Source: Malacoraja senta
Lineage: Eukaryota
Reading direction: 5' to 3'
NCBI GenBank assembly: GCA_038087875.1
Contig: JAXLNO010000642.1
Coordinates: 1-64,000, forward strand
Length of the DNA stretch: 64,000 nt
Under the pieces are notes generated by a model. It searched no databases and was not told the DNA's origin. It saw only the letters and a program-made list of their open reading frames with translations. The stretch's first letter is position 1, and every line of letters starts with the position of its first letter. Of this stretch, positions 48,601-60,900 are shown piece by piece. The translations under genes and the position numbers were made by a program.

Positions 48601-51600
48601 AAGGTGTGAAGCTACATTGCAGGAAGAAAGATTTTCCTCAATGACGCAGCCTTGCTTGATGCTGGTCTTCACCAAGAATGGTTCCATTGTAGACACTGAT
48701 TAATATTGCTGCTTCCACATATTTATAGTCTTCATACTAGTGAGCGGGATTCACATGCCATCTGGGTTGCTGTGTCGGTCTTTTTTTCAGAATGAAGCAA
48801 CTGGCCTGTATTCCCATTTGGAGGGAATCCCAAAGGCTTTGTTACCTGGAGTTGGTGGAAAAAAGATATTGGACTTCTGGTGGGAAGTTGTGAACATGTG
48901 AGTGCATTGTTATTATTGTTCCTACTTCTACCAATAAGAGCTGCATTTTTGTTAATTTTTCAAATTTGTATTTTGTCTGAATAAATTGCCTGGGATAAAT
49001 CTGTGACCACTAGATGTGCACCAAGATGACATAAACTGTTCTCATTAAAGCATTACATTTCAAGATAAATAGGCTTACATGGCTACCTAAGCCAATACAG
49101 TGTTTGATATCAGGGCAATCTGCAAGTTTTTATTGAAGTCAATGTGACAAGGACAAGGGCCATAGAGTTAAAATATTGAGCAATAGGTATAAAAGGGAAT
49201 GAGAAGAAAAATAATATTTAGTGAGTTGCTGGTGAATACTGAATCAAGCAATTCCTTAAAAAGGAAAGGCACTTGAGAAAGAATAATTTCCTGGACTACA
49301 ATATTTACAGAACAGCACTGCCAGGAGCCAGTGTAAACTCGATGGACTGCAAGGTGCCATAGTAATCCTATGATTTGGTTTGAAGGGATGTTTAACTGGC
49401 TGCATCCACACTGCCGTGGCTGACTGGTCATCTCTTCACCTCTGATGTCAGGTGTTTGTGTTTTTTGATTACTTGCTAGAGACCTGAGTGTAAAATCAAG
49501 GGGGGGGGGGGGGGTCTAGAACAGGACAGGGGAAATACTGCACTCTCAAGATTCTAATTGTCAGATGAAATGTCTTCAAAAAAGGTTTCAGAGGGAAATC
49601 CCATGGAACTGTTTTGGAGAAGAATGCTCCCTGATGCCATAAGCCCTATTTATCATCAAATTATGTATACTATTTTTGTGTGATCATAATCATACTTTAT
49701 TAGCCAATTATGTTTTGTAACATACGAGGAATTTCATTTGCCATAAAGTCATATTAATAAAAAGCAACAGAACACACAAAATACATTTTAACATAAACAT
49801 CCACCACAGTGCTTCCTCCACATTCTTCACTGTGATGGAAGGCGAAAAAAAGTTAAATCTCTTCCCTTCTTTGTTCTCCCGAGGTCAGGGCCCTCGAGCC
49901 TTCTAGAAACATAGAAACATAGAAAATAGGTGCAGGAGTAGGCCATTCGGCCCTTCGAGCCTGCACCGCCATTCAATATGATCATGGCTGATCAACCAAC
50001 TCAGTATCCCATACCTGCCTTCTCTCCATACCCCCTGATCCCTTTAGCCACAAGGGCCACATCTAACTCCCTCTTAAATATAGCCAATGAACTGGCCTCA
50101 ACTACCCTCTGTGGCAGAGAGTTCCAGAGATTCACCACTCTCTGTGTGAAAAAGTTTTTTCTCATCTCGGCCTTAAATGATTTCCCCCTTATCCTTAAGC
50201 TGTGACCCCTTGTCCTGGACTTCCCCAACATCGGGAACAATCTTCCTGCATCTAGCCTGTCCAACCCCATAAGAATTTTGTAAGTTTCTATAAGATCCCC
50301 TCTCAATCTCCTAAATTCTAGCGAGTATAAGCCGAGTCTATCCAGTCTTTCTTCATATGAAAGTCCTGACATCCCAGGAATCAGTCTGGTGAACCTTCTC
50401 TGCACTCCCTCTATGGCTATAATGTCCTTCCTCAGATTTGGAGACAAAAACTGTACACAATACTCCAGGTGTGGTCTCACCAAGACCCGGTACAACTGCA
50501 GTAGAACCTCCCTGCTCCTATACTCAAATCCTTTTGCTATGAAAGCTAACATACCATTTGCTTTCTTCACTGCCTGCTGCACCTGCATGCCTACTTTCAA
50601 TGACTGGTGTACCATGACACCCAGGTCTCGCTGCATCTCCCCTTTTCCTAATCGGCCACCATTTAGATAATAGTCTGCTTTCCTGTTTTTGCCACCAAAG
50701 TGGATAACCTCACATTTATCCACATTATACTGCATCTGCCAAACATTTGCCCACTCACCCAGCCTATCCAAGTCACCGTGCAGTCTCCTGTGTTCAAACT
50801 TGCATTCAAACTTTTATTTGGACAAAGTTCACAGGATAATAATGCGATAACAATACAATCCCAGCACACCAATGAAGCAGACATGAGGACAAGTGGACAG
50901 CAGCTCAGTGACCTTCCCTTCAAAATAACATTGTTAAGGAGGAAATTAGATTTCATTTATTCATTCACATGGTGTAGGCATTGTTGGGCAATGCTGCCAA
51001 CATCTGTCCATCCATAAATGCCCCAGGACTAGGGAGGCAGTTAAAAGTCACCATTTTAGCAAATGTCCTCAGTTGAAGTGTATCAGTTAAGCAACCGTGC
51101 TTTTTTATTTGTAACAATTTATTTTTAATTCCTGGAATTAGTTTTTAAAAATCCAGGTATTATTGAATTGCCTGTGTATAGATAAGCTAGACTATCATGA
51201 TGGGATTGCTCATAATTCAGGATCAAAGTCCAGAACTCTAGTTCCCACAGGAAGACAGCCAGAACCTTGTTCAGGGTTGAATTGTCAAAGACTAGAGGCC
51301 ATAGCTTTCAGGTCAGAGGGGGGCAAGTTGAAAGGAGGTGTGTGGGGAATTCTTTCACACAGAGGGTGGGAGGTGCCTGGGCTTCAGTGTAACAGTGCAG
51401 GAGGCAACAGATAGAAAGATCAGAGTGGTTTTAGATTGAGGTTTCGGTGTACTGAAGGATGCTTGCATGCTATCTAATCACATTACATAATACTTTACCA
51501 TAATACAATCTAGGCAATCTCAAGTCCCATAGGTAGAGCAAAGGGAAGGATACAGAGTGCAGAGTATAGATCTCAGCATCATAGTGCATCAGACAAAGTC

Positions 51601-54600
51601 CAATGTCCGCGATGAGGGTGGAGGTGAATCGGACAGTGCCCTAGCTTATGGAAGAGCCAATCGAAAGCTTGATTACGGAGGGGAAGAAACGGTTCCTGAG
51701 TCTGGTGGTATGCACTTTCAAGCTTCTGTACCTTCTGCCGGATGGGAGCAGGGAGACGGAATGACCGGGGTGGGACAAGGTGGTGAATTACAGAGACAGG
51801 ACATGCAATCAGCACCTCAAGATCACTCCAGCACACAGACGGGTTGTGGCCTTTATCAGTCAATCGGTCCTGACCTGAAACATCATCTGCCCATTTACTG
51901 TGGCTGCACAGATGCTGCCTGGCCCGTGAGGTAGCAGCTAATGCAGTCTCTTGTGTCTCCACCCAATCAGTGTTTGGCTTCACCTGGTAAGTCACTCAGT
52001 CCAGGGGGCAATTCAGGAACAACAACAAACTGCCTGCCTGCCTCTCTATAAATGTATAAAATCACAAAAGGGATAGATCGGGTAGATGCACACAGTCTCT
52101 TGCCCAGACTAGGTGAATCGAGGACCTGAGGACATAGGTTTATGGTGAAGGAGAAAAGATTTAATGGGAATCTGAGGGGTAAATTGTTCACACAAAGGGT
52201 GGTGGGTGTATGGAACACTGCCCCCCAGCTTAGTGTCATCCGCAAACTTGGAGATGTTGCCTTCAATTCCCTCATCCAGATCATTAATATAAATTGTAAA
52301 TAGCCGGGGTCCCAGCACTGAGCCTTGCGGTACCCCACTAGTCACTGCCTGCCATTGTGAAAAGGACCCGTTTACTCCTACTCTTTGCTTCCTGTTTGCC
52401 AGCCAGTTCTCTATCCACAACAATACTGAACCCCCAATACCGTGTGCTTTAAGTTTGTATATTAATCTCTTATGTGGGACCTTGTCGAAAGCCTTCTGAA
52501 AGTCCAGATACAACACATCCACTGGTTCTCCCCTATCCACTCTAATAGTTACATCCTCGAAAAATTCTATAAGATTCGTCAGACATGATTTACCTTTCGT
52601 AAATCCATGCTGACTTTGTCGAATGATTTCACCACTTTCCAAATGTGCTGCTATCCCATCTTTAATAACTGACTCTAGCAGTTTCCCCACTACCGATGTT
52701 AGATGAACTGGTCTGTAATTCCCCGTTTTCTCTCTCCCTCCCTTCTTAAAAAGTGGGGTTATGTTTGCTACCCTCCAATCCTCAGGAACTTCTCCAGAAT
52801 CTAAAGAGTTTTGAAAAATTATCACTAATGCATCCACTATTTCTGGAGCTACTTCCTTAAGTACTCTGGGATGCAGCCTATCTGGCCCTGGTGATTTATC
52901 GGCCTTTAATCCATTCAATTTACCCAACACCACTTCCCGACTAACCTGGATTTCACTCAGTTCCTCCATCTCCTTTGACCCGCGGTCCCCTGCTATTTCC
53001 GGCAGATTATTTATGTCTTCCTTAGTGAAGACGGAACCAAAGTAGTTATTCAATTGGTCCGCCATATCCTTGTTCCCCATGATCAATTCACCTGTTTCTG
53101 ACTGCAAGGGACCTACATTTGTTTTAACTAATCTCTTTCTCTTCACATATCTATAAAAACTTTTGCAGTCAGTTTTTATGTTCCCTGCCAGTTTTCTTTC
53201 ATAATCTATTTTCCCTTTCCTAATTAAGCCCTGTTGATGAGATGATCTTGCCTCCCGTAGCCGGCGGCGTTTGGGCCCTCACGTCGGGATGATCAAACTC
53301 CTACATCGGGGGAATCTCAGCTCCCCCGTGCCGGGTGATCTAACCCCGGGTCGGGGCTAGTTAAAACCTTCTGCGTCATTTGGAGCTCCCAACATCGGTC
53401 TCTACCCGAGAATGCGAGCTCCTCGATGGTGAAATCCGCAGACCGCAGTTGGAGCGTTGATCCCAGGCAAGGGATCGTCGCCGATAGTAAGTCCACGATC
53501 CCACGGTGGGGCTCAAAGTCAGTCCGAGGAGGCCTCCAGCTCTATGATGTTAGGCCGCAGAGCGACTGGAGATACAATCCGGAAAACAATCGCATCTCCG
53601 GCAAGGCAAGAGATTGAAAAAACAGTTTCCCACGACCCCACCGCCCACATAAAAGAAATCATCAACACATACTTTTAAAACACAGTAAAAATAACAAAAA
53701 AAAGACGAAAAGACAGACAGAGTGTTGGCGAAGCTGCCATCGCTGACGGATCTTTGTGTGTAGAAGCAGGATGCAATGTTTCCCACTCTACACTCTGTAA
53801 AAACCATGTCAAACATTTTTGATGTTCAAGGTTGAAACATTTTAAAGCAAATTATTTCTTTCTGTCTGAAGTTGGTTTTACTTTAAATAAATAATACATT
53901 TTGACTGTTCTGTTTGTAGGCGTCACCTCTTCAATGAAGTCTACCTTATCACAAACGCCGACAAGTGAGTGCATCCGTTTTCTCATTTAGCATAAATCAA
54001 GCAAATAAAAGTGAAATATTATTGATGGTGTAAATGTGAAAGCAGGAATGTCTGAAAGTTAGCATCTGCAACATGTGTAAAACAGTCATCGGTGAATGGT
54101 CTTGTTAGACAGAAGGGTAAATGGGTTTGGCTAGAGCAGAATCAGTCACAAGGGGGGTTAGAAATGGAAAATGCTTTCTCTTGTCCCCTCTCACAATGAA
54201 CACCAGCTTGAGAGCATGTACCACCATATTTAGGAACAGCTTCTTCCCCTTGTGCTCAGAGTCTTGAACAGATCTCTCATAAGCTAAAGATGAATTTCTG
54301 ATATTCCAATCTATTTTGTTGCAACCCTAGCAATTTTTTAATCTGCACTTTCACTCTAGCTGTAACACTATATTCTGCAGGACGTGCAGAATCTCCTCTT
54401 TTGCAGGACCTGTTACACTCATGTGCGGTATAATTTGTCCGAATAATACGCAAAAAAAAGTTTCTCACTATATCTTGGTACACATGACAATAATAAACCA
54501 ATATCAACAGCAAACCAATACCAAGGCAAATATGTGTAGAATAATAGACACATAGGTGTGTTACAAGCTAAATTAAGGCAGTGGATGGATTTAATATGGA

Positions 54601-57600
54601 ATAACTGGAATCACGTAGGTTTTAAGCAGGTTAACTAGGATGGAAGACTTACTCTTCTGCAATGTCACATGTGTAATGCAGCTGAAACATGTAACTTCAA
54701 CAGCTTTGGCATTAATTGTGGTCTTTTCACCTTCAGGTACAAATACTATGAACGATGGGCAACTGCCAATGACTTCCCAGCAAAAAACATTATTAACGAT
54801 GGTTCGACAACCAGTGATACACAGATAGGTGCTGTGGCTGACTTAGAGCTGGTGGCCAGGAGCAAGAAGTTCAGTGACGACGTCATGGTGGTATGTCTTG
54901 CCTAATTGATATGTAGTTGAGGATGTGCATGCATCCTTGTAACACTGTCTCATTGTAAACTATCTATTTCCAGATTGCTGGGGATATGCTGTGTGAAGAT
55001 CTGAACTTTGATATTGCTGAAGTCCTCAAGTTCTTCAAATTTAAGGTCAGGTGGGACCTCCAGTTCCCTTTTTTTAAACCTTGTTTATTTGGTCCAAAAA
55101 ATCCTATTGGCATAACTACAAGAATCATAGGGATCTATGGAAATTTAGTAAGGTACCTGCAAGCTCCGTCATTACAGAGTTTGTCCATCCTCTCCATTTA
55201 GCTAATGCCTTGCAATCCAGGCATCATTCTGGTAAACCTTCTCTGTACCCTTTCCAAAGCCTCCACATCGTTCCTGTAATGGGATGACCAGAACGGCACA
55301 CCATATTCCAAATGCGGACAGAAAAGTGCTAGAAAGCTGCACCATGACTTCCTCTCCTAAACGGAATGCCTAAACCTATCCAGTAAGCTACTTTCTCATA
55401 GAGACAGATGCCAACCATTCTTACACTAATACTACAGTGGCTTGCAAAAGTTTTCATACCCCTTGAATTTTCCACATTTTGTCACGTTACAACCACAAAC
55501 GTAAATGTATTTTATTGGGATTTTATGTGATAGACCAACACAAAGTGGTGCATAATTGTGAAGTGGAAGGAAAATGATACATGGTTTTCAAATTTTTTTA
55601 CAAATAAAAAACTGAAAAGTGTGGCGTGCAAAAGTATTCAGCCCCCCCGAGTCAATACTTTGTAGAACCACCTTTCGCTGCAATTACAGCTGCAAGTCTT
55701 TTGGGGTATGTCTCTACCAGCTTTGCACATCTAGAGACTGAAATTTCTGCCCATTCTTCTTTGCAAAATAACTCAAGCTCAGTCAGATTGGATGGAGAGC
55801 GTCTGTGAACAGCAATTTTCAAGTCTTGCCAGAGATTCTCAATTGGATTTAGGTCTGGACTTTGACCGAGCCATTCTAACACATGAATATGCTTTGATCT
55901 AAACCATTCCATTGTAGCTCTGGCTGTATGTTTAGGGTCGTTGTCCTGCTGGAAGGTGAACCTCCGCCCCAGTCTCAAGTCTTTTGCAGACTCTAACAGG
56001 TTTTCTTCCAAGATTGCCCTGTATTTGGCTCCATCCATCTTCCCATCAACTCTGACCAGCTTCCCTGTCCCTGTTGAAGAAAAGCATCCCCACAGCATGA
56101 TGCTGCCACCACCATGTTTCACAGTGGGGATGGTGTGTTCAGGGTGATGTGCAGTGTTAGGTTTCCGCCACACATAGCGTTTTGCATTTAGGCCAAAAAC
56201 TTCAATTTTGGTCTCATCTGACCAGAGCACCTTCCTCCACATGTTTCCACATCTTTAATAACTGACTCTAGCAGTTTCCCCACTACCGATGTTAGACGAA
56301 CTGGTCTGTAATTCGCCGTTTTCTCTCTCCCTCCCTTCTTAAAAAGTGGGGTTACGTTTGCTACCCTCCAATCCTCAAGAACTTCTCCAGAATCTAAAGA
56401 GTTTTGAAAAATTATCACTAATGCATCCACTATTTCTGGAGCTACTTCCTTAAGTACTCTGGGATGCAGCCTATCTGGCCCTGGTGATTTATCGGCCTTT
56501 AATCCATTCAATTTGCCCAACACCACTTCCCGACTAACCTGGATTTCACTCAGTTCCTCCATCTCCTTTGACCCGCGGTCCACTGCTATTTCCGGCAGAT
56601 TATTTATGTCTTCCTTAGTGAAGACGGAACCAAAGTAGTTATTCAATTGGTCCGCCATATCCTTGTTTCCCATGATCAATTCACCTGTTTCTTACTGCAA
56701 GGGACCTACATTTGTTTTAACTAATCTCTTTCTCTTCACATATCTATAAAAACTTTTGCAGTCAGTTTTTATGTTCCCTGCCAGTTTTCTTTCATAATCT
56801 ATTTGCCCTTTCCTAATTAAGCCCTGTTGATGAGATGATCTTGGCTCCCGTAGCCGGCGGCATTTGGGCCCTCACGTCGGGATGATCAAACTCCTACATC
56901 GGGGGAATCTCAGCTCCCCCGTGCCGGGTGATCTAACCCCAGGTCGGGGTTAGTTAAAACCTTCTGCGTCATTTGGAGCTCCCAAAATCGGTCACTACCC
57001 GAGAATGCGAGCTCCTCGATGGTGAAATCCGCAGACCGCAGTTGGAGCGTTGATCCCAGGCAAGGGATCGTCGCCGATAGTAAGTCCACGATCCCACGGT
57101 GGGGCTCAAAGTCAGTCCGAGGAGGCCTCCAGCTCTATGATGTTAGGCCGCAGAGCGACTGGAGATACAATCCGGAAAACAATCGCATCTCCGGCAAGGC
57201 AAGAGATTGAAAAAAAGTTTCCCAAGACCCCACCGCCCACATAAAACAAATCATCAACACATACTTTTAAAACACACTAAAAATAACAAAAAAAAGATGA
57301 AAAGTGTTGGCGAAGCTGCTCTTGGCTGCTTCTCTGATCAATGCTCTCCTTGCCCGGCCTGTCAGTTTAGGTGGACGGCCATGTCTTGGTAGGTTTGCAG
57401 TTGTGCCATACTCTTTCCATTTTCGGATGATGGATTGAACAGTGCTCCGTGAGATGTTCAAAGCTTGGGATATTTTTTTATAACCTTACCCTGCTTTAAC
57501 CTTCTCCACAACTTTATCCCTGACCTGTCTGGTGTGTTCCTTGGGCTTCATGATGCTGTTTGTTCACTAATGTTCTCTAACAAACCTCTGAGGCCTTCAC

Positions 57601-57927
57601 AGAACAGCTGTATTTATACTGAGATTAGATTACACACAAGTGGACTCTATTTACTAATTAGGTGACTTCTGAAGGCAATTGGTTGCACTGGATTTTATTT
57701 AGGGGTATCAGAGTAAAGGGGGCTGAATACCTTTGCACGCCACACTTTTCAGTAATTTATTTGTAAAAACATTTGAAAACCATGTATCATTTTCCTTCCA
57801 CTTCACAATTATGCGCCACTTTGTGTTGGTCTATCACATAAAATCCCAATAAAATACATTTACGTTTGTGGTTGTAACGTGACAAAATGTGGAAAAGTTC
57901 AAGGGATATGAATACTTTTGCAAGCCA

Positions 57928-57962
<35 letters not shown>

Positions 57963-60900
57963 TATAAATAAACATATGTGAGTATGTGTGTATATTTTTT
58001 TCTCTCTCGTTTATCATATTATTCATTATGAATACATATTCTGTTGTGCTGCAGCAGGTAAGAATGTCATTGTTCTATCTGGGACATATGACAATAAAAC
58101 ACTCTTGACTATTGACATTTGCAATGAATTGGAAGGTATTCCATTGCACTGTTGACAAGCCTTGCTAATGATGCAAGGGCTTAAGGTGGTCACAACAATT
58201 GCAACTAACCATTATGATCTACCTTTTATGATGACTATGCTTCTGTTGTTTGACAGATGGGTGAGCTGGCGATTTACTATGAGATGGAAGAAGGAGAGAA
58301 GACTGAATCTCGGGGAATAGTTGAGGTGTGTCCCCATACACACAGGTAGGTTCCTGATTGGAAAGACTGAGTATTTATGTTGTATTTACCTTCTACATGG
58401 GGATTGAATCATATAATCATGGAAGAGTTCATAATCATGGATTCCAAAGTCATGCCTTTGCTTGTGCTTTGGAAGGCAAAGAAGGAAAATTGGTTCAGCT
58501 AATGGTATAAAGCATTTGTTGTCTTCCAAAATATTTATCCAGTTAAGGGATCAATGTGGGAAAGTGGAACTGAGGTGAAAGATTTTGTTGGGAAGCAGAG
58601 AAGGCCCATGGGTCAGTGGTTAATTCCTCCTTCTGCTTATGTACAGACCTGCCAGGGAGTCTTCCCTTGCTAAAAATACTTATGATTCTGTGTTTTCAGA
58701 ATCTCTAAGTTTTATGAGAAACCCTCTGCAGGTGCCACAGACTCGAGGCTTGCGAGTGTTGTCTTTTACTGTTTCCAGAGAACGACGCTATCAACTCTTG
58801 GGAAGTATTTGAGCCAGTATCCACAGGTGAACGATCGAGGTCTTGGGAAGTACATGGTGAGAAAATCTTCCTACTTTTAAACTTTAAAATTGTCAGTGCA
58901 AGAAGGATTGTGCATGCAACAAGGGAATAGTTTTTATTAAAACTCAGTATTTTAAGTGTCGGATGTGTATGACGCAAAACTCTTTGTGGAGAGGACAGAA
59001 ACCAAATAATGCTCTGATGTTAGATATGTTGGGAAATCAGTCCATTGACCCTCTGCAAGCATTTACTGAAGTACCAAACTGTTTTCTTATTATATGATGA
59101 TTGAAACCATTTTATTTTCACTTCAGGAATGGCTCATCAATGAGGCCAACATCCCAGTGTTTGGAATGAAGTTGCCTACTGGATTCCAGCTCATTGGCCA
59201 AGTGGTAAGACTGGACATCAACATCTATTTGGCAGTTAAAATTGCAATTAAATTGTAGACTGCTGCCACTTATAGTTACATGGTACAATGTAGTTAATCC
59301 TACAGTTTCCCCATGGCATCACCTGTGGAAATAGACTCTTTGGGGATATAGAATTAAATTTAAGAAAATTAATGGCAATTCATCCTGGTCAATAACCAAA
59401 CATGCCATATTCCAGTGTCCATTACTTCAGAGGTAGAATGTAATGTGCTGATGCCATTGTTTAGTTGAACTGACCAGTTGACTTGCAGCTCGACAGTCTG
59501 ATTGTAATGAATGATACAAAAGAGAAGGGAAGGGAATTTAGGACTGAATAACCCTATACATAGTAATCCCTGCATTTGAAAAATCTTTTTTTAATCATCT
59601 AAACTCCTTTTCATCTCTGTAATCACCTTGAGCTCAACATCCCAATGAAAACTCTATCTTTGAATTCCTTTGCCTTAAATTGCCAGTTGTGCTTTCAACA
59701 ACCTAGATATCTATATGTTGGAGTTTGCTCCCTGAAGCTCTCTGCCATTATTTGCTGTTTGAAAGTTTTTCTTGAAAGCTTCAGGGCAGCACAGTGGTAG
59801 AGCTGCTGCCTCACAGTGCATAGACCCGAGTTCAATCCTGACCTTGGCCGCTGTCTGTGTGGAGTTTGCACGTTCTCTCTGTGACCATATGGGTTTCCTC
59901 TGGGTGCTCTGGTTTTCTCCCACATCCACAAAATACGTATCGGTTTGTAGGATAATTGGCTTCTGTAACTTGCACCAAGTGTGTAGGGAATAGATGCGAA
60001 CTGGAGATGGATGTTGGGGAGGATTCAATGGGTCAAGGGGCCTGTTGCGATCAATCCTTGGCTCCTTGAAATAGCTTTTAGCCAGCCGACCTAATATCCA
60101 CGTAGCTAGATCTTAAATGTTGTATTACGATTTTGTCTTATCCAGTAGACATCAGTATATTATGCTAAACTGTTGCTGCCCTAGATTTATGACAATTCTT
60201 AGTGGGCAGAGATTTGAAACAATTGCCTTATGTTACCAAGTTCTTTCGGAACAACAACAACAACATGTTCTGCAGTCGGAGACATGCTCATCCAAGTGTT
60301 GATTGTAAACACATTGAACCCTACGCATGTTTAGCATATTCCAAAGTAAGGTTCTAAATATGTCTTGCTCCCTGATTTTCTTAAGAGCGAGATTCATTAA
60401 AGTTTGCAAAATTCACCTCCATAGGAGGCCTGTTGGTTCTCCCTGATGTGGAGGAGGAAGATACAATGTAGGAGAGTGGCGGCTAGAATTCTCAATCATT
60501 CATCAGAGACATGTTTAAATATTTCTTTAAAGTTTATATATATTTATTTGGGATCTAGCTTTCACACGAGAGGCCAGCATTTATTAGCACTGCTAATTTA
60601 TCTTGAGAAGATTATGAGCCATCTTCTTGAACCATTGCAGTCCTTCTAGTGAAAGTACTCCTATGATTACTTTTGGGGAGGGTGTTTCAGGATTTAGACC
60701 CAACAATGATGATTGAGTGGTGATATATGTCCATATATAGCAGGATGGTGTGTCTTAGCTGTGAACATATGTGTGGTACTTCTGTTCCACAAAGCCATTC
60801 TCCGTTAAGTTTGGGACATGATGTTTGAGTGGCCCAGATGAATAACTCTACTGTAGTTTGTAGATAGTGAAGAATATATCCATCGTGTCATAATGGTGCA

